Of a stretch of 64,000 nt of DNA, positions 8,490 through 17,307 are shown piece after piece (position 1 is the first letter of the stretch; every line of letters starts with the position of its first letter). Both the position numbers and the translations under genes were made by a program. Source of the stretch: Actinomycetes bacterium (GTDB lineage: Bacteria > Actinomycetota > Acidimicrobiia > Acidimicrobiales > JAJYXR01); assembly GCA_021801525.1 (NCBI GenBank), contig JAJYXW010000153.1, positions 3,986-67,985 on the forward strand, read 5' to 3'. Below the pieces are notes generated by a model that worked only from the letters and a program-made list of their open reading frames with translations, had not been told where the DNA came from and did not search any database.

Positions 8490-9607
8490 TCGCCGTCGAG
8501 TGCTCGCACGTCGAGCGAGCCAGCAGCGAGCCGGGCAGCGGGAGCAGGGAGCTGCCCGATAGCCAGCAGCAGGGTATGGCTGGGGGAGCGGGCCAGGCAG
8601 GCGGCTCCCCGGGCTTCGTTCACGAACCTGTCATGCTCGCGGAGGTCGCAGCGTTGCTGTCGGAAGTGCCCGCCGGGATCGTGGTCGACGCGACCGTAGG
8701 GGGCGGAGGGCACGCGCGCGCCATCCTGGAATCTCGTCCTGACGTCGGCGTGTTGGGAATAGACCGTGATCCGAGCGCGCTCAGCGCGGCCAGGTCGCGC
8801 CTTGCTCCATTCGGGACACGGGCTCTCGTCGTGCACGGAGAGCTCGCGGACCTCGAGGATATTGTCGGCGCGGCCACCTCGGCGGCCGGGCCGCTTGCCT
8901 CGTACCCGGGGGTGTCGGGCGTCCTCTTCGATCTCGGAGTCAGCTCTGAGCAGATCGACCGGGCCGAGAGGGGATTCTCATACTCCAAGGCCGGGCCCCT
9001 CGACATGCGCATGGACCCGACAAGGGGCAGGACAGCTGCGAGCGTGGTGAACGAGCTCTCCGAGGACGAGCTTGCATCTCTGTTCGCGGCCAACGGCGAA
9101 GGCCGCAACGCCCGGCGCCTTGCGCGTGCCGTTGTCGCGGCGCGGCCGCTAACGGGCACCGGGCAGCTTGCGGCGCTGATAGCGGGTGCGCTCGGGGGAG
9201 CGGGTGCCAGGCGCGGCGGGCACCCGGCGAAGCGGGTCTTCCAGGCGGTTCGCATCGAGGTGAACGGCGAGCTGGAGCAGCTCCAAGCGGGCCTCGAGCA
9301 GGCGATCGGGCTACTCCAACCTGGTGGCAGGCTCGTCTGCATCTCCTACCACTCGGGCGAAGACCGCTTGGTGAAGGCGGCTATGGCTACGGCTGCCACC
9401 GGAGGATGCACATGCCCGCCGAAGCTCCCGTGCGGCTGCGGCGCCGTTCCCGTGGGCCGCCTTGTGTTCAAGGGAGCGAAGAAGTCCCGGCCGGCAGAGG
9501 TGGAGGACAACCCACGTTCCAAGAGCGCCCGCCTGCGTTGCTTGGAGCGCCTGGCGATCGACCAGGGCACGCAGGCTAGGCCGGGTACGCAGAGTAGGCG
9601 GAGCTGA
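8486..9607 (+). CDS. rsmH: 16S rRNA (cytosine1402-N4)-methyltransferase RsmH
   Basis: HEPVMLAEV, DATVGGGGHA, GIDRDP, DLGVSSEQID and SYHSGEDR motifs. ATGA overlap with the mraZ stop. ATG at 8576 is an alternative start. Confidence 0.9.
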   Translation: MIAVECSHVERASSEPGSGSRELPDSQQQGMAGGAGQAGGSPGFVHEPVMLAEVAALLSEVPAGIVVDATVGGGGHARAILESRPDVGVLGIDRDPSALSAARSRLAPFGTRALVVHGELADLEDIVGAATSAAGPLASYPGVSGVLFDLGVSSEQIDRAERGFSYSKAGPLDMRMDPTRGRTAASVVNELSEDELASLFAANGEGRNARRLARAVVAARPLTGTGQLAALIAGALGGAGARRGGHPAKRVFQAVRIEVNGELEQLQAGLEQAIGLLQPGGRLVCISYHSGEDRLVKAAMATAATGGCTCPPKLPCGCGAVPVGRLVFKGAKKSRPAEVEDNPRSKSARLRCLERLAIDQGTQARPGTQSRRS

Positions 9608-9610
9608 CCG

Positions 9611-10045
9611 GTGGCCGCGGGCAACGCCCCTGCTCCCCGCCGGAGGGAGGAGTACAGCCGGCCTGACGTATCGCGCTCCACTGGGCGAGCGCCCGAGCTC
9701 CGGGCGCTCGAGGCTCCGGGTTCCAGGCGCAGGGCTCGCCGGACCATGACCCTGCTCGTGGGTATAGCGCTCCTGCTCGGCAGCCTGCTTGCAGTGGGGG
9801 CGGCGCGTGCGTACCTCGTCGAGGGGCAGGTCCGCCTGGCTCGCCTCGACTCCCAGTTAGCGAACGCGACGAGGCGCGAGCAACAACTCCAGCTCGAAGT
9901 CGCGGGACTCGACAACCCATCGCGGATCTTGTCGGTTGCCGAGGCCAACGGCATGGTCCAACCGGCGAAGGTCCAGGACGTTCCCCAGGTGCCGCTCGGC
10001 TACCGCGCGCCGCCGGATGCCAAGCACGGGCGGCACACTAGATGA
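9611..10045 (+). CDS. ftsL: Cell division protein FtsL-like (single-pass, coiled-coil)
   Basis: Position between rsmH and ftsI. One TM helix (LLVGIALLLGSLLAVGAA) followed by a heptad-like region and NPSRI. Confidence 0.7.
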   Translation: MAAGNAPAPRRREEYSRPDVSRSTGRAPELRALEAPGSRRRARRTMTLLVGIALLLGSLLAVGAARAYLVEGQVRLARLDSQLANATRREQQLQLEVAGLDNPSRILSVAEANGMVQPAKVQDVPQVPLGYRAPPDAKHGRHTR

Positions 10046-10120
10046 GCGGGCCCACTAGATGAGCGGGCCCACTAGATGAGCGGGCCCACTAGATGAGCGG
10101 GCCCACTAGATGAGCGGGCA
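10036..10120 (+). repeat. 17-bp tandem repeat CACTAGATGAGCGGGCC x5 spanning the ftsL stop and the ftsI start
   Basis: Units at 10036, 10053, 10070, 10087 and 10104. Each unit contains TAG, ATG and TGA. Confidence 0.95.
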
Positions 10121-12059
10121 GAGTAGGGGGGGCGCAGGCGTTTCCCGCTCCCGCACGGCCGCGGGGCATCGCCTCGCGGCGATGCGGGTGGTGGTGGTCG
10201 CCGCCTTCTTGGCCCTCGGTATCCGGCTAGTCATGGTGCAGGCGCTCTCTGCAAGTCGCTACAGCGCGTTCGGGAGCGCGGAGGTCACCAGCGACGTGAC
10301 GGTTCCGGCTCTCCGGGGAGGGATCTACGACCGCAGCGGCCGCCCCCTCGCCATGTCGGTCGCGTTGAGCAACGTGGTTGCGGATCCGCTCATCATCCAT
10401 GATCCCGCGGCGGAGGCTGCGAAGCTCGCTCCGGTGCTAGGGGACAGCGAGGCAACGCTGCAGGCACAGCTCTCCGAGCATTCTGGATACGTCGTGATCG
10501 CCCACCTCGTCGACAACACGGTATCGAGCAAAGTCGCGGCGCTCGCACTGCCCGGGATCAACCTGCTGGCGGCCAGCGAGCGTGTCGATCCCGCCGGGTC
10601 TATCGCCGCGCCGGTCGTAGGGGCGGTCGGATCCCAGGGAACCGGCTTGGCAGGGCTCGAGTACCAGTACAATGCCCTTCTGTCGGGCAAGCCGGGGAGC
10701 GAGCAGGTCCAGATGGCGCCAGGAGGTATCCCCCTGCCAGGTGGCACCCGTGTATCGCGCCCGGCCGTGCCGGGCAGCGGCCTAGAGCTCACTATCGACG
10801 AGCCGCTCCAGTACGTGACAGATCAGGCCCTCGGGGCCGAGCTGCTTGCGTCCCATGCAGCCAGTGGCACGGCAGTCGTGATGGACACCCACACCGGAGC
10901 CATCCTCGCCATGGCGAACCTCGTGGTGAACCAGAAGACGAGATCGGTGCAGGAGGCTCCGTCCAACCTCGCAGTCACCCAGGTCTACGAGCCGGGTTCG
11001 GTGTTCAAGATCGTCACCTTCTCCGCCTCCCTCCAAGACGGCATCATCACCCCGTCCACCATGTTCACCATCCCTCCGTACCTCATGCTCGGCGGATGGC
11101 GGTTCCACGACGCGTGGTCGCATGGCACCATCCATCTCCCGGCCATCCAGGTGCTGGCCCAATCCTCCAACATCGGCACGATCGAGATCGCGGAAGCGCT
11201 CGGCAAGCAGCGTCTTGCCAGGCAGATCGCCGCCATGGGCTTCGGGCTGCCTACGGGCCTGCACTTCCCGGGCGCGTCGCCCGGGATCGTGAACCCAGTG
11301 GCGAACTGGTCGGTGTCCGCCATCGGCTCCACCCCCATTGGCCAGGACACCGGCGTCACCGCACTGCAGGTAGTGGACGCCATGAACACGGTGGCTGACG
11401 GCGGAGTGTTCGTGCCACCGCACCTCGTGAGGGCAATCATCCCCCCCGGGGGCCAGCCGCGCCCCGTTGCACGCCCGCGGACGCGGCGGGTCTTCTCCCA
11501 GGCAACTGCTTCCGAGCTCACGCGAATGCTGGAGCAGGTGGTGATCGACGGTACGGGTGTGAAGGCGCCGATACCCGGGTACTCGGTGGCCGGCAAGACC
11601 GGGACCGCCAACATACCCAACGGGCACGGGGGCTACGAGGCCAACGGTTACATGGCCACCTTCACCGGCTTCGCTCCCGCGGAGCACCCGGCTCTGAGCG
11701 CAGTGGTCGCAATCGACCACGGGTGGCCTCCATATGGCGGCTCGATTGCCGCTCCGGTGTTCTCCGAGGTCATGCGCTACGCGCTCCACCACTACGGCGT
11801 CCCCACCTCGCCGGGCGGCGGCATCACCGGTGGCAAGACGCGCCTCGTCCCATTCGGCCTCGAGATAACAGCGCCCACTTACCCGGGGTATACGACCTCC
11901 ACGGGCGCCGGGACCTCCACGGGCGCCGGGACCTCCACGGGATACACGGCCTCCGAAGGTGTGGCGGCGTCAGCCGGCCCATCGGGTCGGCGGAGCCCTG
12001 CCGCCGGTCGGGCTAGCATCGCGTCCTCGGCTGGGTACGTTTCCAAGAAGAGACGATGA
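10110..12059 (+). CDS. ftsI: Peptidoglycan D,D-transpeptidase FtsI (class B PBP)
   Basis: SxxK (GSVFK), SxN (SSN) and KTG(T) (GKTGTA) active-site motifs. N-terminal TM helix. The 3' end holds an 18-bp x2.7 repeat at 11895-11942 (TSTGAG). Confidence 0.9.
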   Translation: MSGQSRGGAGVSRSRTAAGHRLAAMRVVVVAAFLALGIRLVMVQALSASRYSAFGSAEVTSDVTVPALRGGIYDRSGRPLAMSVALSNVVADPLIIHDPAAEAAKLAPVLGDSEATLQAQLSEHSGYVVIAHLVDNTVSSKVAALALPGINLLAASERVDPAGSIAAPVVGAVGSQGTGLAGLEYQYNALLSGKPGSEQVQMAPGGIPLPGGTRVSRPAVPGSGLELTIDEPLQYVTDQALGAELLASHAASGTAVVMDTHTGAILAMANLVVNQKTRSVQEAPSNLAVTQVYEPGSVFKIVTFSASLQDGIITPSTMFTIPPYLMLGGWRFHDAWSHGTIHLPAIQVLAQSSNIGTIEIAEALGKQRLARQIAAMGFGLPTGLHFPGASPGIVNPVANWSVSAIGSTPIGQDTGVTALQVVDAMNTVADGGVFVPPHLVRAIIPPGGQPRPVARPRTRRVFSQATASELTRMLEQVVIDGTGVKAPIPGYSVAGKTGTANIPNGHGGYEANGYMATFTGFAPAEHPALSAVVAIDHGWPPYGGSIAAPVFSEVMRYALHHYGVPTSPGGGITGGKTRLVPFGLEITAPTYPGYTTSTGAGTSTGAGTSTGYTASEGVAASAGPSGRRSPAAGRASIASSAGYVSKKRR

Positions 12060-12083
12060 TCCCCCTGCCACGAGCCCGCCGCC

Positions 12084-13514
12084 ATGCACATTGACCACCT
12101 GATCCGCGAAGTCGAGGTCATCGAGGTGGTGGGCGACGCTGCGGCGCTCGAGGTCAAGGCCATTGACTTCGACAGCCGCCAGGTGAGCGAGGGCTCGCTC
12201 TTTTGCTGCCTGCCGGGGGAGCACTCGGACGGGCATGACCATGCAGCCGAGGCGTTGGAGAGAGGCGCGGCTGCGCTACTAGTCGAGCGTCGCCTGGACC
12301 TTCGGGCTCCCCAGGTAGTGGTCGGGCCGGGACAGGCGCGTCCGGCGATGGCACTCGCCGCCTGCGCGTTCTTCGGGCATCCAGCACGATCGCTCGTAAT
12401 GGCCGGGGTAACCGGCACCAACGGCAAGACCACGGTTAGCCACCTCCTCGGCTCCGTGCTGGAGGCCGGGGGGATGCCGGCGGCTGTGGTCGGCACCTTG
12501 GGAGGAGAGAGGACCACGCCGGAAGCACCGGTCCTGCAGTCCATCCTGGCGCGCGCACTCGACCACGAGAAGCGCGCGGCCGTGACGGAGGTGTCATCGC
12601 ACGCGCTGGTCCAGGCGCGAGTCGACGGCTTTCGCTACGACATCGCGCTGTTCACGAACCTGAGCCACGAGCACCTGGACTTCCATGGCACCATGGAGCG
12701 CTACTACGCGGCCAAGGCGACCTTGTTCACCCCAGCGCATGCCGCCAGGGGAGTGGTCGACACGAGGAGCGAATGGGGCCGCAGGCTTGCCGGCGAGGCC
12801 TCCGTCCCTGTCGAGGAAGTCACCGAGCACGACGTCTCTGACGTGCTCCTCAGGCGAGACGGCGCATCGTTCACCTGGCGGGGGCAGCGCGTGGAGATCG
12901 CCCTGCCGGGGGACTTCAACGTCTGGAACGCGGTGCTGGCTGCCGAGGCAGCCGCGAGCCTGGGGGTGGACGAGAGCGACATCGCTGTGGGCCTGGCATC
13001 GGCTGGGTCTCTGGCCGGCCGCTTCGAAGCGGTAGGTCGCGATGCGCCTTTCGCCGCTTACGTCGACTTCGCCCACACTCCCCATGCTCTCGAGGCCACG
13101 CTCGGGAGCGCGCGCAGGATCGCGCGGGACCACCAGGTCATAGTGGTGTTCGGCTGCGGAGGCGAGAGGGACAGGGACAAGCGGCGTCTCATGGGCAAGG
13201 TGGCCGCGGTGGGTGCCGACCTGGTGGTGGTCACGACCGACAATCCCCGTAGCGAGGACCCGGCAGCCATCGCCGAGGAGATCCTCTCTGGGGTGGGAGA
13301 GGGGGCCCGGGTGCTGGTGGAGCTGGATCGAGCCGCTGCAATAGCGGCCGCAGTGGCTAGGGCCGAACCGGGTGACGTGTTAGTGGTGGCCGGCAAGGGC
13401 CACGAGACCACGATCGAGCGGGCCACCTCGAGCGAGCCCTTCGACGACCGCGCCGTGCTCGAGGCAGCTATCCAGCACCGGATGCCGGCCGGTTCCCGGG
13501 CGGTGGCGGGATGA
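12084..13514 (+). CDS. murE: UDP-N-acetylmuramoyl-L-alanyl-D-glutamate--2,6-diaminopimelate ligase
   Basis: GVTGTNGKTT P-loop and the DNPR motif (TTDNPRSEDP) characteristic of meso-DAP-adding MurE. Confidence 0.9.
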   Translation: MHIDHLIREVEVIEVVGDAAALEVKAIDFDSRQVSEGSLFCCLPGEHSDGHDHAAEALERGAAALLVERRLDLRAPQVVVGPGQARPAMALAACAFFGHPARSLVMAGVTGTNGKTTVSHLLGSVLEAGGMPAAVVGTLGGERTTPEAPVLQSILARALDHEKRAAVTEVSSHALVQARVDGFRYDIALFTNLSHEHLDFHGTMERYYAAKATLFTPAHAARGVVDTRSEWGRRLAGEASVPVEEVTEHDVSDVLLRRDGASFTWRGQRVEIALPGDFNVWNAVLAAEAAASLGVDESDIAVGLASAGSLAGRFEAVGRDAPFAAYVDFAHTPHALEATLGSARRIARDHQVIVVFGCGGERDRDKRRLMGKVAAVGADLVVVTTDNPRSEDPAAIAEEILSGVGEGARVLVELDRAAAIAAAVARAEPGDVLVVAGKGHETTIERATSSEPFDDRAVLEAAIQHRMPAGSRAVAG

Positions 13515-14545
13515 TAAGCCTGATGGTGGCTGGCGGTGTAGCCCTGTGGGTCGCCGTGGCGGGCACCCCCCTTCTCATCAGGTGGCTCGCATCGCGCCGG
13601 ATCGGTCAGCAGATTCGCGAGGACGGTCCGTCTATGCACCTGGCCAAGGCCGGCACCCCGACGATGGGCGGGATCGTGATGGTCGTGGCCGTCGCCGTGG
13701 GCTACCTGGCCGCTCATGTGGGCACCGGCGTCGGCATAACCAGGTCGGGGATCCTCGTCGTCCTCACCGTGCTCGGAGCCGGGTCCATCGGCTTGGTGGA
13801 CGACTGGATCAAGGTGAGCCACCGGAGAAGCCTGGGTCTCAACAAACGGGCGAAGTTCGGCGCTCAGATACTCCTCGGCGTGGGATTCGCCCTGGCGGCA
13901 GAGCACTGGGCGATGGCGAGCACCTATCTCTCCTTCACGCGATGGGACTCCCCGGGGTTCGACCTGGGCCCCATCGGCTGGGTGGTGTGGGCCACCTTCG
14001 TGATCGTGGCCACGGCTAATGCAGTCAACCTGACCGACGGCCTCGACGGCCTGGCGTCGGGATCGGCCACCTTTGCCTTCGCGTGCCTGGCGATAATCGG
14101 CTACTGGCAGTTCAGGCACTTCTCCATCTACCACGTCGGCAGCGCTCTCGACCTGGCCTTGACCTCCGTGGCTCTTGCCGGCGCGTGCCTCGGGTTCCTG
14201 TGGTGGAACGCCTCCCCCGCCAAGATCTTCATGGGCGACACCGGCTCGCTCGCCATCGGTGCCGGTTTGGCGGCGTTGGCACTGCAGATGAACGTGCAGT
14301 TGCTCCTGGCGCTGATAGGCGGGCTCTTCGTGATCGTGACGCTGTCGGTGGTCATCCAGGTGGCGAGCTTCCGGCTCTTCCACCGGCGGGTGTTCAGGAT
14401 GGCGCCTCTTCACCACCACTTCGAGCTTGCTGGATGGCCCGAGACGACCGTGATAGTGCGCTTCTGGATACTGGCCGGCCTCTGCGCTGCGCTCGGTCTC
14501 GGCGTGTTCTACGCGGATTTCTTGGCCGCCACGGGGATCCACTGA
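13511..14545 (+). CDS. mraY: Phospho-N-acetylmuramoyl-pentapeptide transferase
   Basis: Polytopic membrane protein with GTPTMGG, DDWIK, NAVNLTDGLDGLA and HHHFE motifs. ATGA overlap with murE. Confidence 0.95.
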   Translation: MISLMVAGGVALWVAVAGTPLLIRWLASRRIGQQIREDGPSMHLAKAGTPTMGGIVMVVAVAVGYLAAHVGTGVGITRSGILVVLTVLGAGSIGLVDDWIKVSHRRSLGLNKRAKFGAQILLGVGFALAAEHWAMASTYLSFTRWDSPGFDLGPIGWVVWATFVIVATANAVNLTDGLDGLASGSATFAFACLAIIGYWQFRHFSIYHVGSALDLALTSVALAGACLGFLWWNASPAKIFMGDTGSLAIGAGLAALALQMNVQLLLALIGGLFVIVTLSVVIQVASFRLFHRRVFRMAPLHHHFELAGWPETTVIVRFWILAGLCAALGLGVFYADFLAATGIH

Positions 14546-14551
14546 GCCGAT

Positions 14552-15907
14552 ATGCACGCTAAGCGCTCCCTCGTGGTGGGCCTGGGCCTGAGCGGTGCGG
14601 CTGCGGCAGAACGCCTCGTGGCGGAGGGCTTCGAGGTGACTGCCGTCGACGACCACTGCTCCGATGGCGCCAGGCAACGGGCGGAGGCCTTAGGGATAGA
14701 CCTTCTGGACGCGCCCGACCCCGGTGTGCTGGCCAAGGTCGCCAGGAGCGCCGATCAGGTGGTGGTGAGCCCCGGTGTGGCTGCGAGCCATCCGATCTTC
14801 GGGCTCGGCCTGGGTGACCGCCTTGTTGGCGAGGTGGAGCTCGCGTTCAGGCGGATGAACGTCCCCGTCATAGCTGTGACCGGCACCAACGGGAAGACGA
14901 CCGTCGTCACGCTCGTCGAGGCCATGCTGCGCGCATCGGGAGTCGAGGTTCGTGCAGCCGGCAACATAGGCCGCCCGCTCATGGAGGTGGCCGGCACCTC
15001 GAGCGGGGTCGTGGTTGCCGAGGTCTCGTCGTTCCAGCTCGCCTTGACGCGCGACTTCCATCCGTCCGTCGCTACCTGGCTCAACTTTGCGCCAGACCAC
15101 CTCGATTGGCATCCGGACTTGTGCCATTACCGGCGCTCCAAGGAGATGATCTGGCAGAACGCCAGGCCGGGGGACATCGCGGTGGCCAACGTCGAGGATC
15201 CGGTTGTGCTCGCCGCATCGGCCAGGGTAGTTGCGGCTGGCGCAGGCCTGGTTGGTTTCGGGCTCGACGCCGGGGACTGGCATGTATCGGGTGGGCGGCT
15301 CCTGGCTCCTGGGGGAACCGAGATCGTGCGAGCCGCCGAGCTAGTGCGTCGCTTTCCTCACGACTTGGCCAACTCCCTTGCCGCCGCTGCAACCGCGTGC
15401 TCAGCCGGCGCGTCCCTCGAAGGGTGCCGCGCGGCTCTTCTGCGCTTCCGGGGCCTTCCCCATCGGCTCGAGCTCGTGGGCGAGGCAGGTGGAGTGCGCT
15501 TCTACGACGACTCCAAGGCGACGACCCCTGCGTCGGTGCTCGCCGCCCTGAGGGGGTTCCACTCGGTCGTCCTGATAGCCGGCGGGCGCAACAAGGGACT
15601 CGAGCTCTCCGAGCTGCGGGCGGCCTCCGGGTGCATCCGCGCTGTCGTGGCAATCGGTGAGGCCGCTCCGGAGATCGTGGCGGTGTTCTCCGGCGCCTGC
15701 CCGGTAGAGGCTGTTTCATCCATGGAGGCAGCGGTGGCGGCTGCCGTCAGGTTCGCATCCCGGGGCGATGCCGTGGTGCTCTCTCCGGGATGCGCGTCGT
15801 TCGACTGGTACGCCTCCTACGCCGAGAGGGGGGACGAATTCGTTCGTTGCTTGCGCTTGGCGGGTGTAGGCCCAGCTGGAGCGCACTCTGGAGAGGAGGA
15901 CGGATGA
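14552..15907 (+). CDS. murD: UDP-N-acetylmuramoylalanine--D-glutamate ligase
   Basis: VTGTNGKTT P-loop, Mur ligase middle and C-terminal domains, and dcw position. Confidence 0.9.
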   Translation: MHAKRSLVVGLGLSGAAAAERLVAEGFEVTAVDDHCSDGARQRAEALGIDLLDAPDPGVLAKVARSADQVVVSPGVAASHPIFGLGLGDRLVGEVELAFRRMNVPVIAVTGTNGKTTVVTLVEAMLRASGVEVRAAGNIGRPLMEVAGTSSGVVVAEVSSFQLALTRDFHPSVATWLNFAPDHLDWHPDLCHYRRSKEMIWQNARPGDIAVANVEDPVVLAASARVVAAGAGLVGFGLDAGDWHVSGGRLLAPGGTEIVRAAELVRRFPHDLANSLAAAATACSAGASLEGCRAALLRFRGLPHRLELVGEAGGVRFYDDSKATTPASVLAALRGFHSVVLIAGGRNKGLELSELRAASGCIRAVVAIGEAAPEIVAVFSGACPVEAVSSMEAAVAAAVRFASRGDAVVLSPGCASFDWYASYAERGDEFVRCLRLAGVGPAGAHSGEEDG

Positions 15908-17307
15908 GCCTGCAGGTGTCGAAGCCCGTGCCGAAGGTCCGCCGTGGCGCCAGCGAGGAGAAGCGCTCGCCGGGTGCTCCTCGCCTGCGAAGCACTCTGG
16001 CCCGGATCAGGAGCGCGATAGAGGCGGTTCCCCTGCCCACGGCGATCTTCGGCGTCGTGACGTGGCTCTGCTGCATCGGTCTCGTCATGGTGCTCGGTGC
16101 CTCGGCGTTCGACTCCTTGATCGTCTACGGCTCTGTCTGGTCCATCTTCGAGCGCGAGGTGCTGTGGCTGGGCCTCGGCTTCCTGGCTCTGCTTGCCGTG
16201 CTCAGGGTCGACACCACGTTCTGGCGGCGGCTTCGCGTGGTGATGATGATCGGTGGGCTGTTGCTGCTCGTCGCGGTGCTGGTGCCCGGTGTCGGGGTGC
16301 GTACAGGGGGCTCTAGCCGGTGGATCGGGTTCGGCCAGTTGAGGGTGCAGCCGTCGGAGCTCATGAAGTTCGCGTTCGCGGTCTTTGCTGCAGACTTGGT
16401 GGCCCGCCGATCGGCAATCGCGAAGGAGGCGCGCCAGGTCGTGGCCCCGGTGCTCGTGCTCCTTGGCGCGGTCTGCCTGCTCGTGCTCGCACAGCCCGAC
16501 ATGGGGACCGCGGTGGTCATCGGATGTATCGGCTTCGGCCTGCTCGTCGCGAGCGGTGTACGCGCCCGCTCGGTGGCCAAGGTGCTCGGCGCTCTGGCTG
16601 TGTTCTCGGGTCTGGCCGCGTTGGCGGAACCCTACCGGCGGGCCAGGTTGCTCTCCTTCGTGAATCCCTTCGCCCACGCGAACGGGTCGGGCTACCAGGT
16701 GGTCCAGTCACTCGTGGGACTTGGCTCGGGGCACCTCACAGGGGTGGGAATAGGTGGCGGACACCAAGTCTGGGGCCTTCTCCCGAACGCACAGACGGAC
16801 TTCATATTCTCGGTCATAGGTGAGCAGGCAGGCTTGCTCGGGACGCTCTTGGTCATTGCCTCCTTCGGCCTGCTCGCGTTCCTCGGCCTGCGCGCGGCCG
16901 CTGGGGCGAGAGATCGCTTCGACTCCTTCCTAGCGGTGGCCGTGACCTGCTGGCTCGTCAGCCAGGCGGTGATCAACGTCGGAGCGGTCATTGGCCTCAT
17001 GCCCGTGACGGGGATCCCGCTGCCGTTCGTGTCGTATGGCGGGTCGGCCATGGTGGTCGACATGGCGGGTGCCGGGCTACTGGTTCGCATAGCGCGCAAC
17101 GGGCTGCACCGGACGGCTCCTGCCCGGCCGGCTCGGACTCGCACGGCTCCTGCCCGGACGGCTCCTGCCCGGACGGCGCCTACCCGCACGGCGCCTACCC
17201 GGACGGCGCCTATCCGCACGGCGCCTACCCGGACGGCGCCTACCCGGACGGCGCCTACCCGGACGGCGCCTACCCGCACGGCTCTTTCCCGGAGATCCGG
17301 CGTATGA
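15904..17307 (+). CDS. ftsW: Peptidoglycan glycosyltransferase FtsW (SEDS family)
   Basis: SEDS motifs [14 protein letters not shown] and [16 protein letters not shown] overlaps with both murD and murG. C-terminal pentapeptide repeat tail. Confidence 0.9.
   Translation: MSLQVSKPVPKVRRGASEEKRSPGAPRLRSTLARIRSAIEAVPLPTAIFGVVTWLCCIGLVMVLGASAFDSLIVYGSVWSIFEREVLWLGLGFLALLAVLRVDTTFWRRLRVVMMIGGLLLLVAVLVPGVGVRTGGSSRWIGFGQLRVQPSELMKFAFAVFAADLVARRSAIAKEARQVVAPVLVLLGAVCLLVLAQPDMGTAVVIGCIGFGLLVASGVRARSVAKVLGALAVFSGLAALAEPYRRARLLSFVNPFAHANGSGYQVVQSLVGLGSGHLTGVGIGGGHQVWGLLPNAQTDFIFSVIGEQAGLLGTLLVIASFGLLAFLGLRAAAGARDRFDSFLAVAVTCWLVSQAVINVGAVIGLMPVTGIPLPFVSYGGSAMVVDMAGAGLLVRIARNGLHRTAPARPARTRTAPARTAPARTAPTRTAPTRTAPIRTAPTRTAPTRTAPTRTAPTRTALSRRSGV
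17113..17292 (+). repeat. 15-bp in-frame tandem repeat (ACGGCGCCTACCCGG-like) x about 12 at the ftsW 3' end
   Basis: Encodes [15 protein letters not shown] pentapeptides repeated about 10-12 times. Confidence 0.9.

Noticed and set aside
10036-10120. Whether the many short tandem arrays (this one, 7797-7916, 35574-35658 and others) could be CRISPR arrays.
   Set aside because: The repeats are head-to-tail with no unique spacers, the units are 9-25 bp, and no cas genes are present. They are mini- or microsatellites.
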